Source of the DNA: Vicugna vicugna
Taxonomy: Eukaryota
Assembly (NCBI GenBank): GCA_013265495.1
Contig: MU058718.1
Location: 1,054,001 to 1,118,000, forward strand
DNA: 64,000 nucleotides
Direction of reading: 5' to 3'
Shown here one piece after another: positions 1 through 13,559 of this stretch (position 1 is its first letter; each line of letters opens with the position of its first letter). Under the pieces are notes generated by a model. That model saw only the letters and a program-made list of their open reading frames with translations, was not told the DNA's origin and searched no databases. The position numbers and the translations under genes are program-made.

Positions 1-3000
1 GAGGGGGTGAGGATGCTTAGGAGATTTGGAAATGGGAGCAAAAGGTCCTAGTGACTCTGGCAGAGTGCTTTAGAGGTCTTGGGAGCAAACCTCATGCATA
101 TCAGGAACTGCTAGATGGTTCCTTTCATTGTGCTAACATCATTCAGATTAAGTTCAGTGAGAGAGCTAGAATGCTCAGCTTCTCAGAAGGGTGTGTTAGG
201 GAGGCAAGCTTACTTTTAAGTAATCAAGCAGGAGTGTTCCTTCTCAGTACCTGATTTGCTGGAGGGGATATGAACACAGAAGTTATAGGACTGACGAGAA
301 TTTAATGAGTTAAGTTGCAGCAAGGGAATTACGGGTACGATTCTGACAACTTGAGTGCTATGCAAGCACGAGTATTGTTTCCATCTTTCAGTGGCCCTCG
401 GTGGGAAAACTAGACTAAGATAAAACTCTAAGTTGAGGGACATTGTAATTATCAAAAGGTAAGAAAATGGTAGTTCCTGATACTTTGGCAAATGGCTAAT
501 AGGTGGATTGTAGGCTACAAGACAGTATCCGGAGGGGGAAAATCAGTAGAATCTGAGGATTTAAATTAAATCCAAAGGTAGGGGGTGGTGTTTATACGTA
601 TACACATAAGCTTGTATGTATGGGTGAATGTAGTCAAAAAGGAAAACTCCAATTTGAATATTTAGTCATTTTCAAGAAACATCTGGAGATCAAAAGAGGT
701 CAGATGTATAGAAGAGGCTCCTCAAATGAAATGGGATGGGTATTTTGATGCATTTTTGTACCTTGAAACTGGTAATAGCAGGCTGGAATAAGTATAAGAA
801 AAAAGGACAAGGAATTCAGTTTGTCCAGCTTTTCCACTTCCGTTCCTGTAGCTGCTGATACTGCTACACCCTGTGAAATTGCAGTTTTACTGTCTCCTGG
901 TACTGCAGTCGGTAGACAAGGGTAGTGGTGGTGGAGAGGGTTGCCTGTATGAATACTTGTTCTGGCTTAGTTTTAACAGTCAGAATGGCACTCAAGGCTG
1001 TCATTCTCTAAGAGAAGAAAACTCTGTTTTGAATGGTAATGTGGAAAGCTCTGCATCCCCCTTAACTTGGTATCTTCAACTTGCTGTCCTTCATGAAAGA
1101 TACAATTAAGTTTGGGGACTTGCATCTTTGATTAGTAGGGATGTGCTTATCCCACTTTGGGCAAAGTGCTTAGGGATTATCCAGATGGAAAGGCTACTTA
1201 ACAGCCAGGTATTAGGGCTTAGCCTTTTAAAAATTAAAATAGCCCCACATGAGCTTTAGTTGTTTTTCTCTTACAGCCCTTGGTATAGGAGTTGCTCAGA
1301 TGTTTCTGGGTATGGGTCATGGCTTTTCAGGCAATTGGGTGGCAGAGTCTTCAGCCAAGAGTTTGGCCAACAAAGCTGCTGTGTACCTTTTATCATTGTT
1401 AGCCCTCTCTTTAGTGCCAGAACTGAAGCCTGTATTCCTTGGTTTGTACTGGAGTTAGGGCTCCCTAGCACCCTACCTGCCTGTCACAGGCTGAGTTCCC
1501 TGAGGATTTTGTACTGGGGAAACCTGCTGACCTTGGGGCATCGAGATATTGAGAAGATTCTTGCCTGTGTGGCTACCTACTTGCCATTATGAACTGGATG
1601 TAACCACTATGGAATTAGTCTTATTAGTCTGCTTTCAAGTTTTTTATAAGTTATACTTCATCTATCTATTTTTTAAAAGGAGTCTTGCTGGACATCATTC
1701 TTGTCATTTTCTATTCTTGTTTAAAATTTCAGCTCCTGGAGTTTTCCCAGCTAGAGACAGGGACTCCCTCCCTTTCTTGGGAGGGGGTCAAAAGCGTGCC
1801 CTGCTCTGGGGTTATGGCAGGTTTGCTGCTGTTGCCGTCGCTGCTTTCTTTTCAAAGGACTGCAGGTCACATGATGACTTCCAGGCCCAGTGGGGAGATG
1901 ATGTGGATAAAAGTATTTAGCAAGAGATCAAAAACTGGGCTGCACTTCTAAATGGCTTGCCTTTCAGAAAAAGTGCATTAGCCTCTCACCCACATGCGGT
2001 TGTGGGGAACTGTCAATACGGCACACAGGTGGCATGGTTATCTGGCCATTTACTGCCTGATGCCTTGGCGACTGCTGCCAGCCCTTCAGAAATAGGAAAT
2101 GACTGATGATGTGGTGGAAATTATGAACCAGGATTAATAAAACTTGAAAAGGAACAGTCTTCAGTGTTTGATCCCCCTTAAAGGAAGTTAAGTCTGAGTC
2201 CTAGATTCTTTTCCCTGAGGTATTCTGATTTCTTCTGATTACTGGGCTGTAGTGGGAGTCTAGGCTGGAGCTGGGAACAGTGAACCAGATGGTGCGGGAA
2301 GCGCAGCACTGCTCCCCATCCCTGAAGGTCCAGACACATGCACGGCTCTGCACTCCATCTGTGAAGAGTTCAGTTAAGGGAGCCACAAGCACAGAATAAA
2401 GATTTAATTTTTAAGGATTGAAGTTTTGTGCCGGCTCATGAACAACATTCTGGAGAAACTTCATTCACCTGAGCAATTTCTATGCTTTGTCATTAAAGAC
2501 AGTTCTGAGAGTCTGACAAAGTTTCAGGGATTTGACATTTTTCTTCTTAGTCTGGGAATCAGAATGCCTTTTCCTTAAGAGCCACAGTTAAGCGTTCTTC
2601 AGTGATGCTCCTGGCCTGTCTTCGCTCCCTTTTCCTTCTTCCCTTCACTTTCTCACGCTCCTCTATTCCATGTGGGAAAATGCTAAGCGGACAAAGGGAA
2701 AAGTGTACGTGTTTTGTTTTATAGATGAAGTAGGTTAAGCTGGCGTGAGGTATAATAAAAATAAAACCAAACTCTGGATAAGGAGACCTCAGCTCTTGGC
2801 CCCTTTTGGTGGTGTGACCTCTGGGAAGCCCCTTCAAGCTCTCTGAGCCCAAAGGTGTCACTTTTATGGTGATGGGTCTTAACCAGGTATCTGCTAAGGT
2901 CTCCTCCTGCTCTCATGAAAGCACATCTGTGTGTGATCTTCTGCTCTGAGCTGGTCTCCATTCCCTTGTCTGAAAACACTACTGTCTGCCCACGAGCCTG

Positions 3001-3564
3001 CCCTCCACCCCGATGAGGAGCACCCCATGCAGGCTAAGAGGAGGGCTGAAACACAACCAGTTGCTGCAGCAGAATGTTAACACTTGGGTGATTCCTAAAG
3101 TTGTCTTAATATTGCTGCAGATCAGCTGGTTAAGAAAAACCTGGGAAGTATTGCTAAGACCTCTAAAGTCAAAATAGCTCTTGAATTTGCTCATTAAGGC
3201 CAACTGGGCCACAAAAGAATCAAGCTAAACTGGCTCCCTAATGTTTTTGGTGAATCAAAGCATCCCTAAATCTCAGACTGTGTCAGGGTTGCCAGCATGT
3301 CTCTTGTGGCTTGACAGGATAAGGGCATATGTGGTGAGCTTGAGTGTGCACGGATGAGAAAATGTGTGTGTGCGCATGCATGTGTGCTTCTGTGTGCTTG
3401 AGAAATAAGAGGGAGACTTAGTAAAGAAGGTAGCTGGTTTACATCAAATTTATGTGAGAACTGAAAATTAAGACATAAAGCTAAAAAAGACTAAATAGTA
3501 TATAATCTTTATCCACTCAGCATCTCCTTTTGACCTGCTTAGATTTTATGAACTCCTTAATGCT

Positions 3565-3930
3565 AATAACAATAACTAACATTTATTGAGTACTTACTAC
3601 ATGCCAGGCAATCTTATAATGAGGTACTTAACTTCTTTGTCCCTCAGTTTCCCCATCTGTGAAATGGGGAATAACCATAGAACCTACCTCCTCGAGGATG
3701 TTGTGAGGATCAAATGGGTTAATATGGGTTGAGGGCTTAGGGTTGTTAATAAAGATTAATGAGTTGAAATAGGGAAAGCGTCAGACAGAGCGTGGCGCTT
3801 GGTGTGCTCAGTAAGTGGTAGCTGTTGTTATCTCCATTTTTGCACAGGGAAGTGGAAACTTAGAGGGGTTGAGTAACTTCCTTCCAGGGACTTGAACTCA
3901 GCAGCCTGACTCTGGCTGGTGAACCCTCCA
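3565..3930. mobile_element. MIR SINE fragments (two orientations)
   Basis: MIR core CCTCAGTTTCCCCATCTGTGAAATGGGGAATAA...GTTGTGAGGATCAAATG at ~3641-3717, flanked by opposite-orientation MIR pieces (AACATTTATTGAGTACTTACTACATGCCAGGCA; CCATTTTTGCACAGGGAAGTGGAAACTTAGAGGGGTTGAGTAACTT). Confidence 0.75.
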
Positions 3931-6851
3931 TGCTCTTATTTTGGCCTTCATCAGGAATACCGGCCCCTGTTGCTGAGCTTGTGTCAAGTTAACGCTAGCT
4001 GGATTGCTGAAGGCCTTTGGTAAACAAGTTCCTTTAGAGTCTGGTCCTCTAGGAGGATGAATTAAAAACACTTTCTCCCACTCCACTGCTATCTCTGTTG
4101 CCATCCTAGGGCTACACTGGACCTGTGGCAGTCATCCCTGTCCAGGTCCTTGGTCCAGGTGTGAGAGAAAGGCTATATGTTTAAAATAAATTGTTAAGCT
4201 TCTTTTGGTCTTGCTCCCAACTTCACATTCCTGTCAATCGGCTTTGTACAGTAATGAAAACAAATGCTTTTAAGCAGATTTAATGAATATACAGTTGTTA
4301 AAATAAAGAGTATGTTTTCTTCTTGCCTTGTTATCTTTAGCTGTTCCATTACAAAATAAGAAGTCTAATAAAAAGGTAGAACAGAAGTTGAGAGCCCAGA
4401 TGTCAATGAAAATACATCTCTTTGAATACTTTCTTTTGTTCTCTAATGGTTGAGTCTTTACATTAGAAAGGTAAATGGATAGACTGGTAAGAGTCTCCTC
4501 AAAATACAGACTCCCTCCCTGGATGCTAGGAAAATGCTGGCCATGATGCTAGGGCTTCCTAGATGGACCATGGCAGTGAGAGGAGGGAAAGGAGCAAGGG
4601 CAAATCTCTGAGCCTCCCTCACACCATGTGTCAGCTTACAAATGGTGGAAGTTACTGGGAGGGAAGACTGGGTCTCCTGTGGCTGCTCAGAAGGGGAGTC
4701 CATGTACCCCTCCAGGGCTGAGGGGGCACCAGGCCTAAGATGGGGCCAAGGGGAGTTGAGTGCTGGAAAGCAGGGAAGTTGCACCGTGTGGTCAGTCTCT
4801 CCTTTTCTGCCTCTCCTCATCTCTCTAGAAAGTCATAAGAAATTTTACTCAGGAGAAATAGGATGAAGTGAGTTCTGAGGACAGCCATGAAAGAGAAAGG
4901 ATGTATAGGATGGCAGAGGGAGCTTCGATGGCCAGTTGTTGCTAGACAGCCAGACGTTGGCTTTATGCTGAATGTGTGCTCACAAACTGCTGGTATTCTT
5001 GAAGACCTTCTGGCAGTGCTGCCTCCAGTTCTCTGATGCCTGCCAAGAATTCTGATTCCTTCAGCAGCCCTGAATCCAGCTTTGGATGCAACTGGCTCAA
5101 TTGTTGAGCCTTCTGCCTGGTTCTGTGCTGAGGTCGTGCATTACTCTGGCTCTATCCTCAGGTGCCTGTTCATCCTGTCTTTGGTTCTGGCATCCTGCTT
5201 CAGCACTTAGCTGAAAGGTCAGACACCAGGTTTGTGGAGCTGGACCTGTAGTGGCTCTGGTCTACTGCTTTGCAGAGGTTTGCTTTCTTCCTATTTGCGT
5301 TGTTGTCTCCAGGCTGGCACTTGAGGAAGCCCAACAGTCCATTACAGTCACACAGGCAAACAAAGATCTTTTAAGAGAACAATCATCATTTGTTTCCCAG
5401 TTGGCATTTCTAGAGATTTAGCTGGATAATCTTGGATGTACGTCAGCAAGCATGAGCAGGAATCATCTTAATCCTTAACAAGGCATACAAATGACTTGGG
5501 AACTCATGAAAAGTGTACAAAGAATTTCTCTTTCTCATGTCTCCTCCTCAGTTCCAGCTGTAGGGGTGTTTGGGATAAGGGGAGATTCCTTTAGATCCAG
5601 CTACCTGCTGCAGAGGTGGGGTTCATCTTTAGGGATGTTCTAGCCAAGTATATATTCCTTTTTTCCTGGGGACAGCTTCTGCTTCAACCCCCTCTCACAT
5701 GCAGATCCTCTGAGGTCTTAGCTGGGAGACATAGCTTAGATTTTTCCAGCCCTTCTTTTAAAGGACTTGAGTTAGCCTCAGGGAAGTGAATACTGGATTC
5801 CTAATCCCATTTTGTTTTATAAAGGCACCCCCTAACCCCAATCCCCTCAAAAAGAAAAACCTCTACAAGTGGAAGACTCCTCTGGCTCTTTCTTCCAAAA
5901 GGAGAGAGAATAGTGAGGGTGCTCAAGAGTCTCCACTCCATAGTTTCCTCCTCTTGCAGCACCACCAGTTGTGTGAGACCTGTCTGGAGAGAGAATTTAG
6001 TGGGGGGAGTATCTGTTACCTCCTTCACCCCTAGAGTGAGGCTCCATTGTGCCCATGATGCCAGTAGATCTATCCTTGAGGAGGTTGGGCCAGAGATGAG
6101 CAGAGTGTGTGAAACCAGCATTTTCCTCTTCATAGTGCACGAGTTGTTGGGAACCTTTCTTTCCTTATGTGTTATATGACCCACTGTGCTTGTTGCTGTT
6201 ATTGTTAGACCAAGTTTTCCTAATTTTATCCAAGTGGAACATTTCTAACAAATTTGCACTCTCAAGGGTTTTTTCTCCCCATTTTTAGGCAAATTATTTT
6301 ATCAAATAGAATGAAAACATGTTTTTAAAGTGATGCTTACCTCCAGGCAGTTATCCTTTGAAGACTTGCTTTTTTTCTTTTTTTACCCAAAGAATTAAAT
6401 GAACTTTAAATCTGAATATTTACATAATTAGCAAAACCTGTGACATAATCATTTTTAATCCTTAGATTTGAAATCACTGTAGGTTTCATTATGAGTTCTG
6501 TGGACCTCTAGCCTATGCACTCCCTCAGGGGGCAAATCTATGGTATACTCTGTGGATGAGGTAAAGACCCTAGACAGTCTTCATTTTGTAATTCTTCCTC
6601 TATGCTATTGTCGAGTAGAAAGTGAGAAACTCCATAAACTACAAATCTTTTCTTCTACATTTCCCTCTAACTCTTCTTGACCCCTAGGATAACTCCTGCT
6701 ACTCTTAATTCTAGTTGAAAAAAGTTAATGACTTCACAGATTTTTTTTCTAAAACTTCACTTAATCACCAGTTAAAACTTTGACACTTAACAAACTTTTA
6801 TTGTAATTGTTTCCAATTAGCTATAATAATGTATATGATTTTTCTTTATAC

Positions 6852-8400
6852 CGAGTCATAAAAGACCCAGAATTGCCAAAGCTATACTGAAGAAAAAGAA
6901 AGAAGCTGGAGGAATAACCCTCCCAGACTTCAGATAATACTACAGAGCTATAGTAATTAAAACAGCATGGTATTGGTACAAAAACAGACATATGGATTAA
7001 TGGAACAGAATAGAGAGCCCAGAAATAAACCCACAAATTTTTGCTCAATTAATCTTTGACAAAGGAGGCAAGAACATACAATGGAGTAAAGACAGTCTCT
7101 TTAGCAAATGGTATTGGGAAAACTGGACTGCTGCATGTAAATCAATGAAGTTAGAACACTCCCGCACACCATACATAAAAATAAACTCAAAATGGCTTAA
7201 AGGCTTAAACATAAGACAAGACACTATAAACCTCTTAGAAGAAAACATATACAAAATATTACCTGACATAAATTTCAGCAGTGTTCTCCTAGGGCAGTCT
7301 ACCCAGGCAATAGAAATAAAGGCAAAAGTCAACAAATGGGACCTAATTAAACTTATAAGTTTTTGCACAGCAAAGGAAACCACAAGCAAAACAAGAAGAC
7401 AACTTATGGAATGGGAGAAAATATTTGCAAAAGATGAGACTGACAAGAGCTTAATTTCCAGAATGTATAAACAGCTCATATAGCTTAATAAGAAAAAAAC
7501 AAACAACCCAATCCAAAAATGGGCAGAAGACCTAAACAAGCAATTCTCTAGTGAAGACATACAAATGACCAATAGGCACATGAAAAAATGCTCAGTATCA
7601 CTAATTATCAGAGCAGAGCAAATCGAAACTCCAATGAGCTCTCACCTCACACCAGTGAGAAAAAATGGCCATCATTCAAAAGTCCACAAACGATAAATGC
7701 TGGAGAGGCTGTGGAGAAAAGGGAACCCTCCTACATTGTTGGAGGGTTTGGAGATTCCTCCAAAGACTAAAAATAGACTTACCAGATGATCCAACAATTC
7801 CACTCCTGGGCATATATCCAGAGGGAACCATATATAATTCAAAAAGATACATGCACCCCAATGTTCATAGCAGCACTATTTGTGATAGCCAAGACATAGA
7901 AGCAACCTAAACGTCCACCAACAGATGACTGAATAAAGAAGCTGTGGTATATTTATACAATGGAATACTATTTAGTCATAAAAAGAATAGAATAATGCCA
8001 TTTGCAGCAACATGGATGGACCTGGAGATTGTCATTCTAAATGAAATGAGTCAGAAAGAGAAAGAAAAATACCATATGATATCATTTATATGTGGAGTCT
8101 AAATAAAAAGACAAATGAACTTATTTACAAAACAGAAACAGATTCACAGACATAGAAAGCAAACTTATGGTTACCAGAGGGTAAAGGAGGTAGGAAGGGA
8201 TAAATTGGGAGTTCGAGATTTGCAGATACTAACTAATATATATAAAATAGATAAACAACAAGGTTATTCAATATCTTGTAGTGACTTACAGTGAAAAAGA
8301 TACGAAAATGAATATACGTATGTTCATGTATGCCTGAAGCATTATGCTGTACACCAGAAATTGAGACAACATTGTAAACTGACTATACGTCAATAAAAAC
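6852..8400 (+). mobile_element. 5'-truncated young LINE-1 (ORF2 C-terminal part plus 3'UTR), frameshifted
   Basis: ORF-track peptides match L1 ORF2 ([49 protein letters not shown]); the 3'UTR ends in CAATAAAAA at ~8390-8399. Confidence 0.95.
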
Positions 8401-8709
8401 ATATAATTTTCACTTCATCTTGTATTACTCAACCAGAATCACATAGAATTTTAGAACTAGAAGGTACTCTAACACTTGGTCCTAGGATATCAAATAGTTT
8501 CAAATAGTTTATCAAAAAGTTTCAGCTTATTTGTTAACTCCAACCTACTGGTCAGGACTGTGTTTAGAGTGCTGTTTGAAAATGACTCTGAAGCCAGGTT
8601 TGAGCTAGTAGGAAAAATCTCTATGACCAGTTAAGACAATAATCAGTAATGCCTAAAATGCATAAATAAAGAAATATCAGCATAAGTCTTTCATTTAGGA
8701 ATATGGAGT

Positions 8710-10075
8710 TGAACTTATATTTTCAGCCATGATGTAATAATAGGGATCAGATTTACCCTCCCGCTAAAACAAAACAAACAGACGTAATATATGAAAAAAA
8801 ATGTTTTAAAATACTAGGAATCAGGCAGAGAAGGACAGTGATCTATGAGAAACAGGACTCAAATGATATGAGTCCTATGATCGTCCCACCTTACTACCTT
8901 GAGGGAGATTTGAGGTCATGGTTGTGGGGAAGGGGAGCCCAAGTGGAGCCCAGTGGACTCCTGAGTTGAGAAAACGTTGCTCGGGAGGGAAACCAGGGTA
9001 TCCAGAATCCTCAGGCCAGACTGCTAGAGAGAAGAAAGCGGCACAGAGAGAGAGAGCTCCAGAGAACTGCAGAGGGTCCCCCTTGAGTCTTCATCTGGGT
9101 ACTGACAGGCATTTGCACGTGAGAAAACTAACCAATTTGGGGGATAGAACCATTGGAATGGACTGGAGGGAGCCATATTCAGAGCTCATGAAGGGTCAAG
9201 AATAATTCTCGTTTCTACCAGCCAGAGTGAGGAACCTTATAATTTGTGGAATATTAGGTAGTCAGCTCAAGAGAGTTTTGCCTTAGTAGTGGAGAAACAG
9301 CTCTAGACCAAATATCACTCTTAACAAAGTTTGAAAGGAAGACCTGAAAAGATTAAACTGTTTCTAAGTAAGTAACTTAATCTTAGTCCAGAATAAAACT
9401 TGAGTATTGTAGGAATCTGAAAATATCTAAGAACCCAGCAGCACTATAATCACAGAGTCGGGAATTAATTCAGAAATGACCAGGCATGCAAGTAAGTGGG
9501 AATATATGACCCATAATGAAGAAATAAGTCAGTAAAAACCAATCCATAAATGAACAGATGATATAATTAGTATATAAGGATATTAAAATAGTTATTATAA
9601 CTGCATTCCTTTTATTGAAGAAGCTAGAGGGAAAATTGAACATATTAGAGATGTAACATGTCTCTAACATGTAAGATACCAAAGACTCAAATTGAACTTC
9701 CAAAGGTGAAAACTATAAAGTCTGAAATGAAAAATACACTGGATAAGATAAACAAAATTCAGACATTACAGAATAAAAACTTAGTGAAGCTACATAGAGA
9801 TCAAACTATCCAAAACGAAACACAGAAAGAAGACTGAATTAAAAATGGACAGTGCCTACTAGCTGTGGGAAAACCTCAGACAATCTTGTTTAGGTGTAAT
9901 TATCATCTCTGATGGAGAGGGAAGAAAAATATGTGAAGACATAATGGCCAGATCTTTTCCAGTTTGGTTGAAGACTATAAACTCACAGATCAAAGGAGCT
10001 CAGCAAACCCCAAGCACAAAGAAGCTTGAAAAAACTATAGCAAGGCACAGCATAATCAAACCCATGGTAAAGAGA
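8710..10075 (+). mobile_element. Old L1M 5'UTR/ORF1-region fragment
   Basis: Begins like an L1MC/L1MD 5' end (CAGCCATGATG...GGGATCAGATTTACCCTCCC); ends with decayed ORF1-like A-rich sequence (AAGACTATAAACTCACAGATCAAAGGAGCTCAGCAAACCCCAAGCA...CATAATCAAA). Confidence 0.65.
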
Positions 10076-10079
10076 AAAA

Positions 10080-10270
10080 TCTAAGAAATAAGGAGTAAAA
10101 TACCAGAAGAAACAACTGAAACAGTTTAAAGTGGTTGCCTGTGGAGTGGGGGATTGGGGTATTGGGAGGCAGAGACTGGAGAGTGCTGATAGTCTTCATG
10201 ATAAACCTTTTAATACTGTTAGCTTGGTTTTAAAAAAAACATGTGTACACACTATTTGTGAGAATAAAAA
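10080..10270 (+). mobile_element. Old L1ME-type 3' end fragment
   Basis: AAAGTGGTTGCCTGTGGAGTGGGGG followed by CATGTGTA...AATAAAAA, typical of L1ME 3' ends. Confidence 0.5.
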
Positions 10271-10689
10271 TCAGTAATAACAACAGATAGGCACACAGAA
10301 CACTCCCTGTCACAGAAATTCTACCAAAAAGTTCAAACTGAAAGACAGAGATGCGGCCAGAAGGCCTGGTCATCAGCCACGAGCATGGCTACTGCAGAAT
10401 AGGATACAAAGTGGAATAGAGATTTTCGTCAGCTATTTGAGGAGTGAGCAGTATGAACTTCCCACTTTCACTAGTTGATGGACATCTCCTAGCACTGTCA
10501 TAACTCATTTTCCCTCCTGTTAGCCTTCTCCAGGAATCTGGGGGAGTAAGGCAGTGAGGAGGGGGCTGAGTGTGGCATCAGGGAGAAATTTGAGGCCCCG
10601 TCTTAGCACCGATTTCAGGACTGTTGTTCCTGAATAGCGGTTTCAGAAGTAGTAGCAACAGAGCCATCATCCTTATTTCTTCATATTTT

Positions 10690-11315
10690 TGCCTAATAGT
10701 CTCTTGAGTGTTCTCTTTAGCTCTAGACTTGCCCTCCTACAATCCATTCTACCCTCCTACAGTCCATTCTCCAGATTGATCTTTTTGAAGTGAATCTGAT
10801 CACGTGACTCCCCTGCTTAAGACCCATTGTCTTTGGGACAGGTTTCTGCACTGGATAGTCAACTTGGTTACTCATCTCTCATCCCTTCCCACTGGACTCT
10901 CAGAGCCAACCATATTGAGCTATTTTTGCACTCTAATTGGTCCAAGCCAATTAGAAAACTTTGCTTTGCACGGGTTGTTCCCCCTTCATGAAAGGTCTTT
11001 CCCTTCTGGTCCCTCCACACTCATCTTTGCCTGGTTAAAATGACTGCTTTTCAAGGGTAGCTGTACTCCCACTAAAACTTGTGTTTATTTCACACATGGG
11101 TTTTATGCCTATTGTAATTGTCAGTTTATATCAGTATTTCACAAAGTGGAGTCCATTAGAGCCACCTAGGTGTTTGATAAACATGAACCATTTTAGGCCC
11201 CACTCTGTACCTACAAGTATGAATCTTTACCTTACCTTTTTTATTTCATCACTAGAGCCCACCACAATGACTAGCATAGAGAAAGTTCCCACTAAATATG
11301 GAATGAATGAATGAG
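10690..11315 (+). mobile_element. L2 LINE 3' fragment
   Basis: L2-like TCTGATCACGTGACTCCCCTGCTTAAGACCC and terminal TAAATATGGAATGAATGAATGA. Confidence 0.65.
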
Positions 11316-11329
11316 CAGAGGGTATTGAA

Positions 11330-13330
11330 GGAATGTTAGGGCATGGAAAGGGAGAAGACCTTGGCAGGGAATGTGATGGTGTATTTGGAGTCTGTGATGG
11401 GCAGCTGCAGGAAATGAGGGCAGATCAGCGATTTTACTTCACTGAGTGTCAGTCAGAAGTTTGAAATCAACTCCTTAGGCAATAGGGATATACTACAATA
11501 ACATTTTGAAAGTGATATTTAAGGAAACCTGTCCAGAAACAGCATTCATTGAATTTGGGTTGAGAGAGGCTAAAGGAGGGAGGCCAGGATAGGGCAGAAA
11601 TGCAGGCAGAAAGTGGTGTGGACTTGGTTTATGTGGAACAGAGACTTTTTGAGGAGCAAACTCCTAATTTGGTAGCTGATTTTATCTTAGGAATTAAGGC
11701 AGAGATGAAATCCAAGAGGAGTAAAAGATTTAGTCATTAAGTATCCCAGAGAAATAGGTGTGTGATAGGGTCATAGACATTGAGAAGAAGAGCTTCATGG
11801 AAGGGGTAGCTCTGAGTTTCACTTTAGATGTGTGAATTTTGAGGAGCTATGGGACACAGGACCAAGTCAGTCGTTAATGAGACAAACAGTTAATCTGTGC
11901 CGAGTAAGTGGAGTCTTCATCTTTGAGACCCATATAGGCTGGTGGGGAGAAATAAATGTAAGATGAAAAATTACAATAGTTGAATAATTGTGTATAATAT
12001 GGATAAAACAATCTAGGGGAATATAAGAGGAACCCACTAATGGGGAATTCAGAAAAGACATTGATCTGGCCTTGAAGAGCGACAAGAACATTATCTGAGG
12101 GAAAAGAGAAGGAAAGGCATTTCAGGGACAGGGAACAGAATGAATAAAGCAGGGAAGAAAGGACATGATGTATTTGGGGCAAATACAGTCAGTGCTGTTG
12201 GAGCAAAGGCTACAGATTGATAGGGTGCTGGAAGATAAGATGAAGCCCTAGTTGAGGACAGGTAATGGGCAAACCTTTATGCCAAGCAAAGGAATTTGGA
12301 TTTCTTCCTGTGGACAGCAGAGAGTGAAAGTTTCTAAACAGGATGGAGCATAATTAGGCTTTATTTTTAGTTCTAGTAGAGTGAAGGCTTGGTTGAATGT
12401 GGGCTGGTTAGTTGCTGGAAAGAAGGGTTGGGGGTTGTTGCAATAGTCTAAGAGGATGATGGTCATCTCTGGCCATACCAGTAATGATGAGGACATGGAG
12501 GCTTCATCTGGTGAACAGGTGGATGCAGGTGGGCTACAGGGACAGGGGCCAAAGATAAATCTGAGGTTTCTAGTTCTGGACTCTGGGTTGACTTCTTTTT
12601 CTGTGATAGATAAATAGAAAAGAAGAAGCATGTTTGCTAATTGCAATGGGAATAATGAGTATTGTTTTGGACATCATTATGGGCAGAATTCTGTTCCCCC
12701 AAAATCCTTATGTTGAAATCCTAACCCCCCTAACCTCATAATGGAACTGTGCTTGGAGCCAGGACCATTACAAAAGTGATTAAGTTAGGATGAGGCCATT
12801 AGGGTGGGACCCTAATCCAGTTATGATTGGTGTCCTTAAAAGAGGAAGAGACACCGGGGATGTGCATGTACAGTGGAAAGACCATGTGAGGACACAGTGA
12901 AAAGGCAGTCATCTGCAAGAAGAGAGGCCTCAGAAGTCAACCGCTGAGAACCTTATCTTTGATTTTTAGCTTCCGAAACTGGAGAGAATAGATTTTTGTT
13001 GTTCAGGCCACCCTGTCTATGGTATTCTGTTACAGCAGTCCTAGCAGACTGAAGACATGTGGAGTCTGAAGTGCCTTGAGATACCTTGGTGAAATGTTAT
13101 GTAGGCTGTTGGAAATAGGGGGTTGGGGCTAGGAAGAAAAGTCTGGGTTGGAAATCAAGAGTTAAAAGTTATCAGCATATGGTGAAAACAACAGTTTACT
13201 CTTGAGAAATCTGGCTGTGAGAGTTGTCAGGTAGAAGGGAAGCTTCCAGAGAAGTGATTTGAGGAAGATACAGAAACGAGTAGATGAAATGATGGACAGC
13301 CACTGGAGAAAGCAAGAGAGTGAAGATGAG
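11330..13330 (-). mobile_element. Decayed L2 LINE fragments, interrupted by an MLT1 LTR
   Basis: Purine-rich L2-antisense motifs (GGAATTTGGATTTCTTCCTGTGG; TTTTGGACAT...GAGTCTGAAGTGCC split by the LTR at ~12675-13057). Confidence 0.55.
12675..13057 (+). mobile_element. MaLR solo LTR (MLT1A/B-like)
   Basis: Characteristic TTATGGGCAGAATT...CCCCCAAAATCCTTATGTTGAAATCCTAACCCC...GGTGGGACCCTAATCCAG...GGTGTCCTT...GCAGTCCTAGCAGACTGAAGACA. Confidence 0.9.
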
Positions 13331-13559
13331 GAAGAACTAAGATATGGGTAGGGGCTGGTATGTGTAATTTTCAGGTGAAAAGGGTAAGAAGCTTAAAAGA
13401 GGTCAGGTTTAGGTGACATTGACAAAAGACAGCTGATTTGGAGGGGTAGAAACACATGTGTCTGTTCTGCGTGCAGCCACAGAGGGTTTGATTTTCTGTC
13501 CATCCTTTCTAGCCATTCCTCTATGTCCTAAAAAAATTGGTATTTCTACAGCATTTGTC

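Noticed and set aside
1150..1180. CAAAGTGCTTA (miR-17-like 5' end) in a small hairpin
   Set aside because: The match ends after 11 nt and the stem is only 7 bp with a 2-nt loop, so it is not a pre-miRNA
1871..2060. ATGATGA C-box suggesting a C/D snoRNA
   Set aside because: No D box (CTGA) with a terminal stem at a suitable distance
7045..7581. 178-aa minus-strand hydrophobic ORF (similarly 16211-16531, 28222-28512, 28871-29344)
   Set aside because: These are antisense frames of L1 ORF2, a common source of spurious membrane-protein predictions
10732..10770. 20-bp tandem duplication CCCTCCTACA(A/G)TCCATTCT
   Set aside because: Ordinary slippage duplication within an L2 remnant
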